Shown: positions 36,155-49,887, counted from the first letter of the stretch. The stretch is DNA of 64,000 bases from Eledone cirrhosa (GCA_964016885.1 OZ024741.1:318804001-318868000); one strand, 5' to 3'. Program-made: numbers and translations. Notes: a model not told the origin generated them from the sequence alone.

Positions 36155-37561
36155 CAATGTAAATGATAATCAAGGAGTGTTTAATCGTTCAAACATTTAA
36201 TAACTGACGATCGTTTCATCCTAGCACAAGACCGGATTCATCGGAGTTACTAACAAAAGTTAAACACAAATATAAGATCAAAACTTTGTCCCAAGAACAT
36301 TTGAAGGATACAGAATATGGGAGTTTAACATTAATATTTATATAAGTAACTGATCCCTTCTATAACCACTACATTTTATTATAACCACCACATCACATTT
36401 AGGCGACTTAATACATTGTTTCCATACCTTATTTCACAAGCCTCACTCATCTTTACTTTTGGCTAATAATTTTATAAAACCATTGCCTCACCCGCTATAA
36501 TTATATTAATAATAACTATTCAATACTAGTAAAATTAACTTATAAATTTTTTTATCCTTTAATATTGTTTAACATTTTAAGTATACATAATTAGTTTTTT
36601 TATAATGCATAGCATTTTTAGTATACATTGATAATTTATTTCTCTGTAATTTGTAAATTTATTAATCTTTTAAAGCTCTTTAGTTTTGCAATCATTAGTC
36701 CTGGAAATTTTCTAATTCGATCCTCATACATCTTTACATATTAAATTTTTCTATTTTTCCTTACTAAATCTATATTAACTCTCTAATATATAGAATCTCT
36801 TACATAAATTACCTCCCCTTTATTTTTATTTAACCGTATTGTTTTAATGATTAATTTTTAAATCCTATGCTAAGTTGAATGATTTGTACTGCTAATGGTG
36901 TGTGACTTTAACTCCTTTATTGAACTATGTGGTGCTTTGGATGATGTGTCTTGAGTGCCTCACTGATAATACTTCCATCTATATTGAATTTTTTTCACTT
37001 TTTTCTCTTTGAAGGTTTGATTGTTGTATTTATTTACTCCACAAGACATTAACTCCTTTGGACGTTTTGGGAAAAGATTGTTATTATAACTGAATTATGT
37101 GGTCGAACCTATAGTCTTGCGCCTGTCTGTAATCCATTGCTATGCTACACGTGCATCAAACCTTTTTAAAATATATATCTGAAATGCATGTTTTTCCTCT
37201 GTTTGCTATTATTAACTTTCTTAACTATTTATGATATATGATTTTCACTGTACTTCATTTATCTGTAACCGCATGTCTTTTTAATTTTTTTTTTCTTTTT
37301 TTTTTTGCATTTATCTGCTCCAATTTTTCATAAGTTTGTTCTGCCTCAGTTACCTTATATAAATATCAATGCTTGCGCTTATCTAAACTTCCATATTATG
37401 TGTCCTCCAAATGTTCTTGTGATAAAGTTTTGACCTTATATTTGTGTTTAACTTTTGTTATTAACTCGGATGATTCCGGCCGTGTATGTGCTAGGATGAA
37501 ACAATCGTCAATTATTAAATGTATGAAAGATTAAACACTCTTTGATTATCATTTACATTGT
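36155..37561. mobile_element. Element bounded by ~175-bp inverted repeats (36155-36327 / 37384-37561), each carrying a hammerhead-like motif; Penelope-like pLTR pair
   Basis: Arms are diverged reverse complements; hammerhead motif at 36197-36253(-) and 37458-37517(+). Confidence 0.75.
36197..36253 (-). ncRNA. Hammerhead ribozyme motif with U4C core variant
   Basis: Minus strand: taact-CCGATGA-atcc(ggtcttgtgcta)ggat-GAAA-cgatcg-TC^agtta; palindromic stem III ACGATCGT, GUC site. Confidence 0.65.
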
Positions 37562-37645
37562 ATTTCGGCTGTGTATTATACTTTATACTTATTATTTTAC
37601 ATCGTGCTATTTTCATAGTTGAAACTGGGTAATTATTATTTCTCA

Positions 37646-37701
<56 letters not shown>

Positions 37702-37709
<8 letters not shown>

Positions 37710-37895
37710 ATACTTTGAGAGAGTCATGTTGCCAATAAAAACATATGCACCAGTAAATTTCACTTCAATATATTATAAATTTCCGGTTCGTTGGTTGGTT
37801 GGTTCGATAACTGAAAATTTATAATAAATTGAAGTTAAAACCAACAGGTGCGTATTTGTATTGGTAGCATGACCTTCCCAACAAGTATAACAATA
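37702..37895. repeat. Imperfect fold-back palindrome (~87-bp arms) next to (TA)n
   Basis: atattgttatactt..gtcatgttgccaata..acttcaatatattataaa mirrored by tttataataaattgaagt..tattggtagcatgac..aagtataacaatat. Confidence 0.75.
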
Positions 37896-37957
37896 TCTGT
37901 TTCAACACACGTTTTCAGATTAGAAATATTGCAAAACAAATTCAAAAGCGAAGTATA

Positions 37958-37997
<40 letters not shown>

Positions 37998-38155
37998 TTT
38001 TTTTAATATTTACATATTTATATATATATTAGAATTAGCTTCAGACATAGCTGTATTAAATTTCGTATTTCTAAAGAAATACGGTATGTTTATAGATAAA
38101 CATTTAGAAAGCCGTAGCTATGCCAAAAACACCGGGGGTATCGCCCTCTGGTGAT

Positions 38156-38248
38156 GTCCAGCAGAAGCAAGTGGGACAATCGTTGATGCATTTCGAACTT
38201 AACTGGTTCTCATCAGGATGATCCCACCCACTCTTGCGACTGCTGGAC
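38156..38248 (-). ncRNA. Hammerhead ribozyme motif with long stem I
   Basis: Minus strand: gtccagcag..gcaag..gtgggatcatc-CTGATGA-gaac(cagttaa)gttc-GAAA-tgca-TC^aacgattgtcccacttgc..ctgctggac; palindromic stem III ATGCAT; two mismatches at base of stem I. Confidence 0.7.
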
Positions 38249-38515
38249 TTAAAAGCAGTCAAGAATATATGGTTTTCTCGTCTGTGTAAATGAGGTGATT
38301 AATCTCATTTGCATATGAAGCTGCATAAGTTATCCAAAGCACCACTTATTATAGAATATATGTATATAAACACATGTATGAATTAAAATTTCGGTTCATT
38401 AATTCAAATTAAAAAAATATAATATAGTTTCATCTAGAGGTAGGGTATAAAAGATATATGAGACTACTATTCAAAGTGTTATTAAATACCTAAACAATGA
38501 TGTCAATAGATATAT

Positions 38516-38960
38516 TTAATTAGTGTCGAAGATTTTGTAAAAGGAAGAATAAAAAGTTCTATGTGGACAAGAAGGGATTATTTCATTTCTAGAATTGATA
38601 ATGAAAATTTTAGAAGTAATAATTTCAAACGCTTCCGTCGGACAAATATTACACTTAGTTCTACAGCCCCCGTAAGGTTTTGCAGAATTAATAATATCCA
38701 ACCTAATAGAGTATAGTATATTATCACTTTTTAGACGTCAGATTAATTTAGCTAAAATGGAATTTTTAAAGTTTTCATTATTAAAAGAATGTAAATGTGA
38801 ATATAATCCAATTTTCAAATTATTTGCAGTTGAAGTAATATTGTAATTATATACAACATTACTTCTGAGGCAAAGGTCCCTAAGCGGACAAGAATCTGAG
38901 CCCACAATTACAATTAGCTATTGGAATATTATTATTCGGTGGCCTATTTGCAGTATTACT
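38516..38960 (-). pseudogene. Penelope-like element C-terminal GIY-YIG endonuclease remnant
   Basis: Frameshifted CNC..SCPLRDLCLRSNVVY..I, H.HSF, then IINSAKPY..KCNICPTE.FEI..INSRNEI..CPHR; hammerhead lies ~270 bp downstream on the same strand. Confidence 0.7.
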
Positions 38961-39239
38961 ATGATAAGATAAATTGTTATTAGTATTAGGTCAAAATCGC
39001 ACTATTAAAAACCGCGTATTAGGCAAGCCGAACTTTTTTAAGAAAAATATTTTCCAGCCGCATATGATCAAAATCGCACTATTTAAAAACATGTAAGATG
39101 ATTCTTTTAAAAAAATATCAATTGTAATAAAGAAACGAAAAAGATACAGAAAAAAAAGGAAAAAAAAGGAAAAAAGAAAAGGAAGGGTGAGGGAGCGACA
39201 GACTCTACATCCCAATCTGAAAGGTATGTTTCAGATATG

Positions 39240-39490
39240 CCCTGCAAAATTACGAAGGCCTTACCTGCTTCAGAGAATGGCCAACGACACCCGCTGCAAC
39301 ACCCACTACACCTCGTGATATTTAGTTATCTTCTTCTCCATTTCATTAAGGGTAGCGGGGGCCGGGATTGCGGCTAAAGCGACAAGGTTGGGGGCGGAAA
39401 ACGAGTCGCAGCATGTGGCGTCCCTGATTAAGGATTTTCCTCTCTCGAGTGGAAAGAGTTATCCTGTCTGGGCGCTTACCATCGTGAATG
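39240..39490 (-). pseudogene. CRE-like non-LTR element REL-domain remnant
   Basis: DGKRPD.ITL / RGKSLIRDATCCDSFS / EKKITKY / LQRVSLAI across frameshifts. Confidence 0.7.
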
Positions 39491-39941
39491 TTCAGAACCG
39501 CGCTATTTAAAAAAACAAAAGTGTAAGATGCGGGACCTGCAGAATATAGACAACAGGGTTTAGAGAACATTCTCGAAACATGCAAAAGTGCCAGCACCCA
39601 ATACAGAAGGGGATTTGTTTGTTTGTTTGGAGTTATTTTTTTTTTTGTTTCTTATTGTTGTTTGGGATTTTTTGGTTTTTTTTCAATGCTTTATGTTTAC
39701 GTCGGTCGAAACTTTTTGAAAAGAAGCTATTGGAGCAGAAAGATCATTCGGATATATTTAAATTGAGCAGCAGCATTGATTTTTAACCCATATCCATCGC
39801 TCTTTTAATGGCTAGAAATTAATGGCTAGCTATATACATAAATACTGCTTTGGCTGGTGCTGAGATTCATAATATTTGTCGGTTGTCTTATTATTATTGA
39901 TTTCTTTATTAACCACAACAGTTTTCATAAGATCGAGGACG

Positions 39942-40007
<66 letters not shown>

Positions 40008-40417
40008 TTATTATTATTATCATTATTATTATTATTATTATTTTCTTGATGTCAGCTCTTGTGGCCAATAAAGAAATTATTATTATTATTATTATTATTA
40101 TTGATTGTTTACTTGAAAATATTTTGTTATTGGTCGATATTGTTGATTCGCTTTTGTTGTTGTTGTTTTAAGTCTAGTTAACACAAAGGACTCTGTGGTT
40201 CAAAATAGGGAAAGAAAAACAAGGAAAACAGAGAGAGGGTGGGGGCGGTCGTACAGAGAAAGAGGGGAAGAAAGAAAAAGAGAGTGAAATAGAAAGACGG
40301 GAAAGAAAGAGTTAGAGGAAGAGTGAGAGAGAAAGGAAACGCAGGAAAAAGAGAGTGAGTGAGAAATATAGTAGATCAGTCGTTCTGGGAGGAGGTTAAT
40401 GGAATGGTCCTCCGTCA

Positions 40418-40457
40418 GGTGGTGGTGGTGGTGGTGGTGGTGGTGGTGGTGGTGGTG

Positions 40458-40523
<66 letters not shown>

Positions 40524-40587
40524 ATGGTGGTGGTGGTGGTGGTGGTGGTGGTGGTGGTGGTGGTGGTGGTGGTGGTGGTGGTGGTAT

Positions 40588-40623
<36 letters not shown>

Positions 40624-40751
40624 TGGTGGTGGTGGTGGTGGTGGTGGTGGTGGTGGTGGTGGTGGTGGTGGTGGTGGTGGTGGTGGTGGTGGTGGTAGTA
40701 GTAGTAGTAGTAGTGATGGTGGTGGTGGTGGTGGTGGCGGCGGTGGTGGTG

Positions 40752-40819
<68 letters not shown>

Positions 40820-40860
40820 GGTGGTGGTGGTGGTGGTGGTGGTGGTGGTGGTGGTGGTGG

Positions 40861-40901
<41 letters not shown>

Positions 40902-40935
40902 GGTGGTGGTGGTGGTGGTGGTGGTGGTGGTGGTG

Positions 40936-40971
<36 letters not shown>

Positions 40972-41034
40972 GTGATGGTGGTGGTGGTGGTGGTGGTGGT
41001 GGTGGTGGTGGTGGTGGTGGTGGTGGTGGTGGTG

Positions 41035-41075
<41 letters not shown>

Positions 41076-41127
41076 GGTGGTGGTGGTGGTGGTGGTGGTG
41101 GTGGTGGTGGTGGTGGTGGTGGTGGTG

Positions 41128-41174
<47 letters not shown>

Positions 41175-41184
41175 GGTGGTGGTG

Positions 41185-41240
<56 letters not shown>

Positions 41241-41289
41241 GGTGGTGGTGGTGGTGGTGGTGGTGGTGGTGGTGGTTGTGGTGGTGGTG

Positions 41290-41347
<58 letters not shown>

Positions 41348-41348
41348 C

Positions 41349-41406
<58 letters not shown>
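40418..41406. repeat. ~1-kb alternating (GGT)n/(AGT)n trinucleotide array
   Basis: Read directly. Confidence 0.95.
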
Positions 41407-41733
41407 CCCATGAGGGGATTTGATCTTAGAAAGGTCATCCAGCTGTAGACACATGCCAAATATGGAACGTATGAGCAAGACATGCCCAGCCTCAAAACAT
41501 TCAACCTATGCCAGTGTAAAAATGATGATGATTATATATAACTAATTAGTTTCTGGTGAAGAACGGTGAGATGGATGTATTTTGTTAAGTAGAATAATAT
41601 GAAGTTACATAACTGCTATTTGATTACTCAGTATATCGATATTATCATGGTTCAGCTCGCACTTTGAAACGAACGTAAAACACTGGATTAATTAAGCACT
41701 GAACCACGTCTTTTTTGTTTTTATTGTTCAACC

Positions 41734-42269
<536 letters not shown>

Positions 42270-42273
42270 TATA

Positions 42274-42372
42274 TGAGGAGGGTGAGGAGGTAAGAGCAAT
42301 GGAAGGAGCTGGTTGCCAGGTCATCTGTGGCGCCCCAACGGTCCACCAGACTACGGGACAGATGTGATGAGA
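42274..42372 (+). mobile_element. 3'-terminal remnant of an RTE-like LINE
   Basis: atggaaggagctggttgccaggtcatctgtggcgccccaacggtccaccagactacgggacagatgtgatgag ([21 protein letters not shown]-like end), in (TA)n. Confidence 0.55.
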
Positions 42373-42378
42373 TATATA

Positions 42379-42409
<31 letters not shown>

Positions 42410-42974
42410 AATTTAAAAAATATTTTAACCTTCTTTCTGTTTGGCCCGCGATAGGGTTGGCTGGTCTCTCTAGTCAAGTTAAGACAACCAGCCTAGGAGA
42501 TGGACAACTCCTATTCTCAAAGTCTGCGGTTAAGTAACACACTGTTCACCAGTACAGGATTCGATGTTCTAATGGAGAGTGTACGTTGCATGGCACAGGC
42601 AACTGACTACTGTAAATAATTTATTTGTGCAGGTTGTTCAACAAATTAAATTAACTGTATATTTAGTAATCGTGTGTGCCCCTTAAATACCATGGCGATG
42701 AAGCAACAGAAGCAGGCAGAGGATGATGCTGGAAGCCCCTAACATTAACTTTGTATATAGGTGGTAAAAGGTTGATGCCCGTCTCTGACAACACAAACAA
42801 GCAATTGTTAGATTCGTGTCCTCCTTTCACAACAAAGCAGCCCTTTTTAGGCTGACGCTGCTTTCACCTTTTGAGGAGGAATCAAGAAAACGAGACATAA
42901 AAATTGTTAACCCTAACCCTAACCTGGCCATTAGTGTAGGTGGCTAGGAATCCCTCTCTGCATCCATAACAAAA

Positions 42975-45894
42975 TGCAGGTAGCTTCATAGAATGTGAGA
43001 ACTCTGTGGGATACAAGGTGTAATCCTGAACGCATGACAGCTATCATAGCTCATCTCTTATCTCTACAAAACATCAGCATAGGGGTTCTTTCAGAGACTA
43101 GGTTTGTAGGAAATTACCAAATAGAAAAAGTAGAAGGGGACTATACCTTTTATTGGATAGTTAAATCACCTGGTGCAAAGTGGAATCTGGCGTTACATTT
43201 GTTATTAGAAGTGATTTAATAAAACAACTTGAATCACTTCCTATAGGTATCAATGACAGGAGTATGACCTTTCAATTGAAAATAGGAAAAAACGGTATTG
43301 TTCCTTTTTTACTTGCTATACCTCAATATTAAACTCGTCTTTTGAGCTGAAAGGGAACTTCTACACTTGTCTTCGTGAGCTCAGAAAAGTACCTGCTGGT
43401 ATTAATTGTTCTTGAGGGACTTTAATACCGGAGTGGCAAATTACCACCAGGCAGAGTCAAATGTCTTCGGTAGGCATGACATTGGAAATATTAACTCAAA
43501 TGGCCTTCTTTTGTTATCACTTTGTACAGAATTTAATCTTCTGGTTACAAATACCATCTTCCGACAGTATAATCATTTAAAGACTAGCTAGAAACACTCA
43601 GGATCTGATCACTATCATTTAACTGTTTATATAATTACACATCAGACAAGCAGGTATGATGTAAATCTCAATCGCGTTCTTTCAATAAGAGAGGCATGGT
43701 CTGATCATAAACTCAGTCTTTATCGCATAAACATGAATATTCAAAAGCCCAATCGGACACAACGAATTGCTCCACGTAAAAATTAGATGTCAGCAGGTTC
43801 GAGAATGAAAGTATGATACAATCGTTTAATGACTCATTTGAAGCAAAGTTACCTCAAAATATTATAAACGATGATATTGAGGCCTCTTGGACAAGTCTGA
43901 GACACATTCTTTGAGACGACAAAAGAAACATTAGGTTATGTCTATCGTAAGTACTAGGAGTGGCTTGACTCAAATGATCCACAAATCCAATCACTTCTTA
44001 AGGACATGCATAAACTCCAACGTGCTTGGATGTTTGATAAGAACTCAACCGACAAACAAAGTTTTTAAACAAGCAAAGAATCGTGCTCGGGTCACGCTTC
44101 GTGAAATGAAACAAAACTGGTCGAAAGAAAAAGCAAAAGCCCTCCAAGAAGGAACTGACATAGTTTAAATCCTTTAATCAGAAACTTAAATGAGCCTTTG
44201 GCCTTATTCAAACGGTTCATTTCCAACCTTTCTTTAGAAAATGAATTATAAACCGACAAGCGTGGCATAACCAAAAGGTAGGCTGAACACTTCTCAAGTT
44301 TTCTGAATAGAGACACGGATGTTCATATGGATATGATTAACAATCTCTCACAGCAGCCTGTATTGCAATACCTGTCAAACAATCCTTCTCTTTCAGAAAT
44401 TAAAACTACCACCAGACAACTGTCCAATGGCAAACTCCAGATGATAATGGTCTGGCAGCTGAAGTATACAAGTATGGGGGTCAAACTCTGGTGATAAAAC
44501 ATATGTATGGGAGATATCACTTTTATCAATTGCAATAAAGATAATTGCTTGAGTTATCCTAAACTGCCTAAACTCTTCTCTGGCAAAACCAATGTTACCT
44601 GAGTCACAGTGTAAGTTTAAATCGAGACGAGGCACTGTTGATACGGTGTTTAGTCTGAGGCAACTCCCAGAGAAATCGATAGAACATGGAAAGGAACTCT
44701 TTATCACATTTGACCTCACCAAGGCATTTGACACTGTCTCGTGATACCTGTGGATCGTCCGTCAAAAATTTGGTGTACCAAAGAAAATGCTTGACATTAT
44801 AACATCCTTCCAATATCGAATGAAAGTATCTGTTACATCTGATGATGACTGCTCAAAACCTTTTGATGTGATAAATGGGACATAACAAGGATGTGTTTTA
44901 GCTCTTCTTTTCGCTTTGTTTTTCTCAATCATGCTGGAACATGCTTTACCAACGAGGAAGTTTCTTTTAAGTTTCGAACAACAGGTCTTTAAAACCAACA
45001 GCGGTTTAAAGCAAAAACGAATACCCTTGCCCAAGTAGCCTGTCACCTATTTGCAGATGATTGTGCTTTTGTGACCCACAACTTGATAGACGTGCAAGCT
45101 ATTGTAAATACTTTTTCAGAGGCATGTAAAGCGTTCAGACTTACATTAAAACAAAACTTGGCTCCTTTATCAACCTATCCCTGAGCAACAACCACCTGCT
45201 CTACCAACAGTTTTTGTGGGTGGCAAACAGCTGAAGATAGTTGATGTATTCACCTATCTTGACTCAGTCATAGGTAGTAGTGCAAAAATGGACAAGGAAG
45301 TTGAGAACCGAATTACAAAGGCCATCTCTGCGATTGTAATGATATGTCTTTGAGGGTGAAGGTTGAAATTTATAAAGTTGTTGTACTCACCACACTTCTC
45401 TATGGTTCTAATGCATGGACTACATATCGCAAACACATTAGACAATTAGATTTATTTCATATGCGATTCTTACAAGGAATCTGTAGCATCAAATGGTCTG
45501 ACAAGATCAGAAACAGTGGAAACCTTACACGTTGTAATATCACCGGTATAGAGGCAATCTTAATCAAAACAAACCTGAAATGGCTGTCCACCAAGTAAGA
45601 ATGGATGAATTACTTTTGCTAAAGCAGTTGTTGTTAGGTCAGCTAACAAATGCGAAACGCCGAGTTGATCGCCCTCTCCTCTGGTTTAAGGATAAGCTGA
45701 AGGACAACATGAAGCGTTGTGGTTTCCATATTGAATCATGGGAGAGACAGGCTGTGGATCATCGAGAATGGAGGTCGACTTGCTTCAGCCTGCTCCCAGA
45801 TTTTGAGGCCGGCAGAGGAGAGCACCATGACCGGTTGCGTGTGGACCTAACAACGCATCTCAAGAGGAGGGATAGGGTTCGAGAGTGTACCTAA
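42975..45894 (+). pseudogene. Heavily decayed RTE-clade LINE (APE + RT)
   Basis: NVRTL, LSETR, DFN, NSNGLLLLSLC..LLVTNT.F, FDLTKAFDTV, LFADDC, YKVVVLTTLLYG..WT, RPLLWFKDKLK. Confidence 0.88.
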
Positions 45895-45949
45895 CATATA
45901 ATATTTGCTATACCCTCATATGTCGTTCACGACGGGAGAGTCAATCATA

Positions 45950-46005
<56 letters not shown>

Positions 46006-46038
46006 TAATAAACTTAATCTGAGTTTTTCGAATATTAA

Positions 46039-46210
46039 TAATTGTTTCTTCTTTTGGCAGCAATTACCCAGTGTATTACTGGTACTTTATTTTATCGACC
46101 CCATAAGGATGAAAGGCAAAGTTAACCTCGGCGAGATTTGAACTCAGAATGGCAATGGCCGTAACTCTATGCGTCAAAGCATGGCGTCCGACCCTCTACC
46201 GATGCTGCCA
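46039..46210 (-). mobile_element. SINE family 1 with TSD atattaataat
   Basis: TSD at ~46031 and ~46212; empty paralogous site at 46633-46672. Confidence 0.88.
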
Positions 46211-46429
46211 TATATTAATAATAATATTCGATTCGTTTACAATTATGCAAACAGCCTCTTTAAAGCTATGTCAGTATAATGACTCCGTCATTCTTGCTCT
46301 TGTGTTGGCATGTAAACAGAACTGCAGACACAAATGTTTCTGGGTGATTACCCTTCATCAGTACAGTATACTGCTTACCTACCAACTGTCAGAGCTAGTG
46401 AAAATATATGATATTTTCTAAAATATACA

Positions 46430-46590
46430 GTGACTAATCGGCCTGATTTGCATATTAGCAGACTGCCTGATCAGTCGTATCTGCATATTAACAGACCTAC
46501 TGATCAGCCAGATTTCCATATCAGCAGATAGGCCAGTCAGTTTCATGTATACGAGCGATTACTGGCCGGCTTTGCCATATTCAAATAACT
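46430..46590. repeat. Degenerate ~32-bp tandem repeat (gatcagccagatttgcatattagcagact-like)
   Basis: Recurring gcatattagcagac / gcatattaacagac / ccatatcagcagat. Confidence 0.6.
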
Positions 46591-47117
46591 GACAAATAGT
46601 TCATCGCTCTACATGGCTGATACAAGAAATGTAATCTGAGTTTTTCGAATATTATTAATAATATTCGATTCGGAAGAAATCAGCTGTGTTCCGACCTGTA
46701 GAACAATGGACTACGCCAAGTTTAAAATACCCGGGATAGGCCGTGTGTCATGACGGACTCCTACGAATCCATCAGGAATTAATGATCCTTTTTCTCTGCT
46801 TTCATTGGTGGACATGACTGAGCCGTTAAAATATTCCCTTTCCTGTCATACATATAGCTTGACCATATTCTCCATGTTCTCAAATATAGTGTTGTTTAAA
46901 ACTGTATAACTAAGTGTCCATCTTTTTTAAAGCGTTAGGGTGTGATGTATTTTACCTTGGTAGGAGTTGATCAACAAAGATCTACCCGGGTAATCCTATC
47001 AAAGTCTACTTCGTGCATTTTTAATTATTTCCACAAATTATATTGATATTTGTAATTCATGGACGCAGCATGACCAAATGGTTAAAAATTCCAGTTGACA
47101 ATCAGGAGAGTTACTTA

Positions 47118-48261
47118 TCTGTATATATATAAAATTAAGTATGTGTGTGTGTGTGTGTGTGTGTGTGTATTACCTATAGGGGCCTACATCTTACGACCGA
47201 TTTTCATGAAACTTTACAGGCTCATAGATTAGTCATCAGGGAGTGTTTTCTATATATTAGCGTATCGTATTTTTATTCGGGGTCATTCTGCAGATAAAAA
47301 TCGATAGGAGGGGGGGGGGGGGGGGGTCACCTTTTTTTAGGTATCGAAAAATAAGATTTTTGGCACTAGCTCCCACATTTTGCCACTGATTTCGTTCAAA
47401 TTTTAAAGCAAAATAGAATTTATCATTGCACATCCTGTAATGGCTTTATATTTTGCATTTGCTGTTCAGGAACGGCGTGGCAGCCGCTTGAATATTCAAA
47501 AATACCACTTTTAGACTCAAATTTCCACTTTTACGGCTCGAGCTCCCACATTAATCAACCTACTTTGTTCAAATTTTACACTTTAGCACGTTTTTTTCAC
47601 TTTTACACTTTTTAACGTCTTAAAGTGGCTTTACATTTTGGATTTTTTGTTCAGGAACGGCGTGGCAGCCGCTTAAATATTCGAAAATACCACCTTTTCG
47701 CTCAAATTTTCGGCTCTAACTCCCACATTTTTCAACCAATTTCGTTCAAATTCGAAACTTCGGCTGCAACTCACACATAAATCAATTTATTTAGTTCAAC
47801 TTTTATACAACGATAGAACCTATCATTAGCTCCCACATTTTTCAACCGATTTCGTTCAAATTCGAAACTTCGGCTCCACCTCACACATAAATCAATTTAT
47901 TTGGTTCAACTTTTATACTACGATAGAACCTATCATTGCACATCTTATAGATGGTCAAAGACAAAATAATGGCCACTGATGTCGTCTGAGCTTTTAGTTG
48001 CGTATTTGAGAATTCATCGGTTTCATATCAAGTAGCGTGAGGAAATTTGGCTTAGTGTTAGAGGTCATTACCTCCCTCCCCCAGCATGCCCCTTCGTCAG
48101 TCACCCACGTTTCTCAGTGATAGGGGTCATCCCCACCCTCCCCCGCATGGCCTGTTTGTGGCCATAGATGAGTCATCGAGAAGCAGTCGCTAAGATCAAC
48201 ACCTTTTCATCAAAGCAGATATTATTTTACCTACCCCGGCAACGCTGGATACTGCTGCTAG
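47118..48261 (+). mobile_element. Non-autonomous Helitron-like element with internal tandem repeats
   Basis: A|TCtgtatatatataaaa start; subterminal hairpin ccggcaacgctgg; CTAG|T end; repeats of agctcccacattt...ttcgttcaaatt at 47368-47940. Confidence 0.75.
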
Positions 48262-48929
48262 TGAATAAATAGTAATGAATCATGATACTTCTGTACAAGA
48301 AACAGCTTTTAGACATATTCTCTCTTCTATATACATATATACACCAGGTCCGAACGCAAAAGAACCAAATACCCACTGTCACTGTCTCCGTCTCTCCCGG
48401 TCTCCCCGTCTCTCACTATTGTAAACAAATGGGAACCCATGCGCTAGCCGCCACTTGGCCCGGGCGGACAGAATAGAGAAGGAGTTTTCCCGAAGGATGG
48501 TGAGGGAGACGCGCTGGAAGAGTCATTCAAGCTCGCATTTGGTTCCACTTCTTGGCATCTTAAGCAAGTGTCGAGGTGACATAAGTTTTATGAGTGAAAT
48601 TGGGTAGACAGGAAATGTTTGGAAACTCGTTAGAAGGATTATGCCTGTAATTCAATTTTGTCAAATATTTTGTCACGCTGATTCAGCTTGGGGATAATGT
48701 TACGAATACACGTGTCTGTGGAATTCTCAACCGTTTACACAATAAAAGAAGATTGATTGTACCTGTAATTCAGTGGAGCAGCCTTGTCTCATTTTGTATC
48801 TAGTTAAGAATTACGTTAAAAGTACACATGTATGTGAAATACTCAGTTACTTACTATGATATAAGATTCGACTCAGAATTATGCTAAGTACACGTGTCTG
48901 TGTGGAATACTCAGTCACTTATACTATAA

Positions 48930-49390
48930 TGATTTCTACTATATGCTCAAAACCAACAATTTGTGAGGAGGAGAAAGTCGATTAAATCGACCCCAGTGCA
49001 TTACTGGTGTTTTATTTTAACGACCTTGTGAGGTTGAAAGGCAAAGCTAACCTCGACGGGATTTGAAATCGGGATGTAAAGGGCTGTAACTCTATGCTGC
49101 GAAGCATGGTGTCCGACACTCTAACGATACTGTCAATCCACCGCCCCTATATTATAATTGTTTCTACTTTTGGCACAAGGCCAGCAATTACCCCAGTGTA
49201 TTACTGGTACTTTATTTTATCGACCCCCGTAAGGATGAAAAGCAAAGTTAACCTCGGCGGGATTTGAACTCAGACCATAAAGGCCGTAACTCTTTGCTGC
49301 AAAGCATGGCGTCCGACCCTCTACCGATATATTATAATTGTTTCTACTATTGGCACAAGGCCAGAAAATTACCCAGTACATTACTGAATA
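48930..49390 (-). mobile_element. Tandem SINE family 1 copies (48930-49145, 49154-49330, partial 49334-49385); others at 31650-31825(+), 49680-49830(+), 50104-50290(-), 50690-50857(-), 52246-52429(-)
   Basis: Shared head/core/tail; tatattataattgtttctact duplicated between copies. Confidence 0.82.
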
Positions 49391-49887
49391 CAAGATGGAT
49401 TGTACCAGGAATTCAAATGACCAGCCTTTTCATATTTTGTCACGGTGGTGCAGCTTCAGAGTTACGTTAAGAGTACACACGTGTCTGAGGAAAACTCGAC
49501 CATTTATACAATAATACAAAATAGACTGTACTTGTAATTCAAATGTCCAGCCTTTTCATACATTGTGTCATACTAATTCAACTTAAGAATTACATTAACA
49601 GTACAAGTGTATGTGGAATACTCAACCACATGCTCGTTAATTCACTAGTTGGACGTCCAGTTGATCGAACAAGTTGAAATGTTCTGGGTTCAAATCTTGC
49701 TGAGGTCAACTTTGACTTTCATACTTTCGGCGAAAGCAAAATAAAGTCCCAGTGAAGTACTGGTACCGTTGTAATTGACTTTCCCCTCCCCTTGAAATTA
49801 CTGGCCTTGTACCTAAGTTAGAAACCATTGTAAGCAATCTGAAACGAGACATGTATTCCGTATCAATGGTTTTACTTATACTCATAA

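Noticed and set aside
40359-41504. Long poly-V/G/S, poly-T, poly-H/Y/P ORFs
   Set aside because: Translations of the (GGT)/(AGT) microsatellite
42908-42925. Telomeric (CCCTAA) repeat
   Set aside because: Only about two and a half units; not informative
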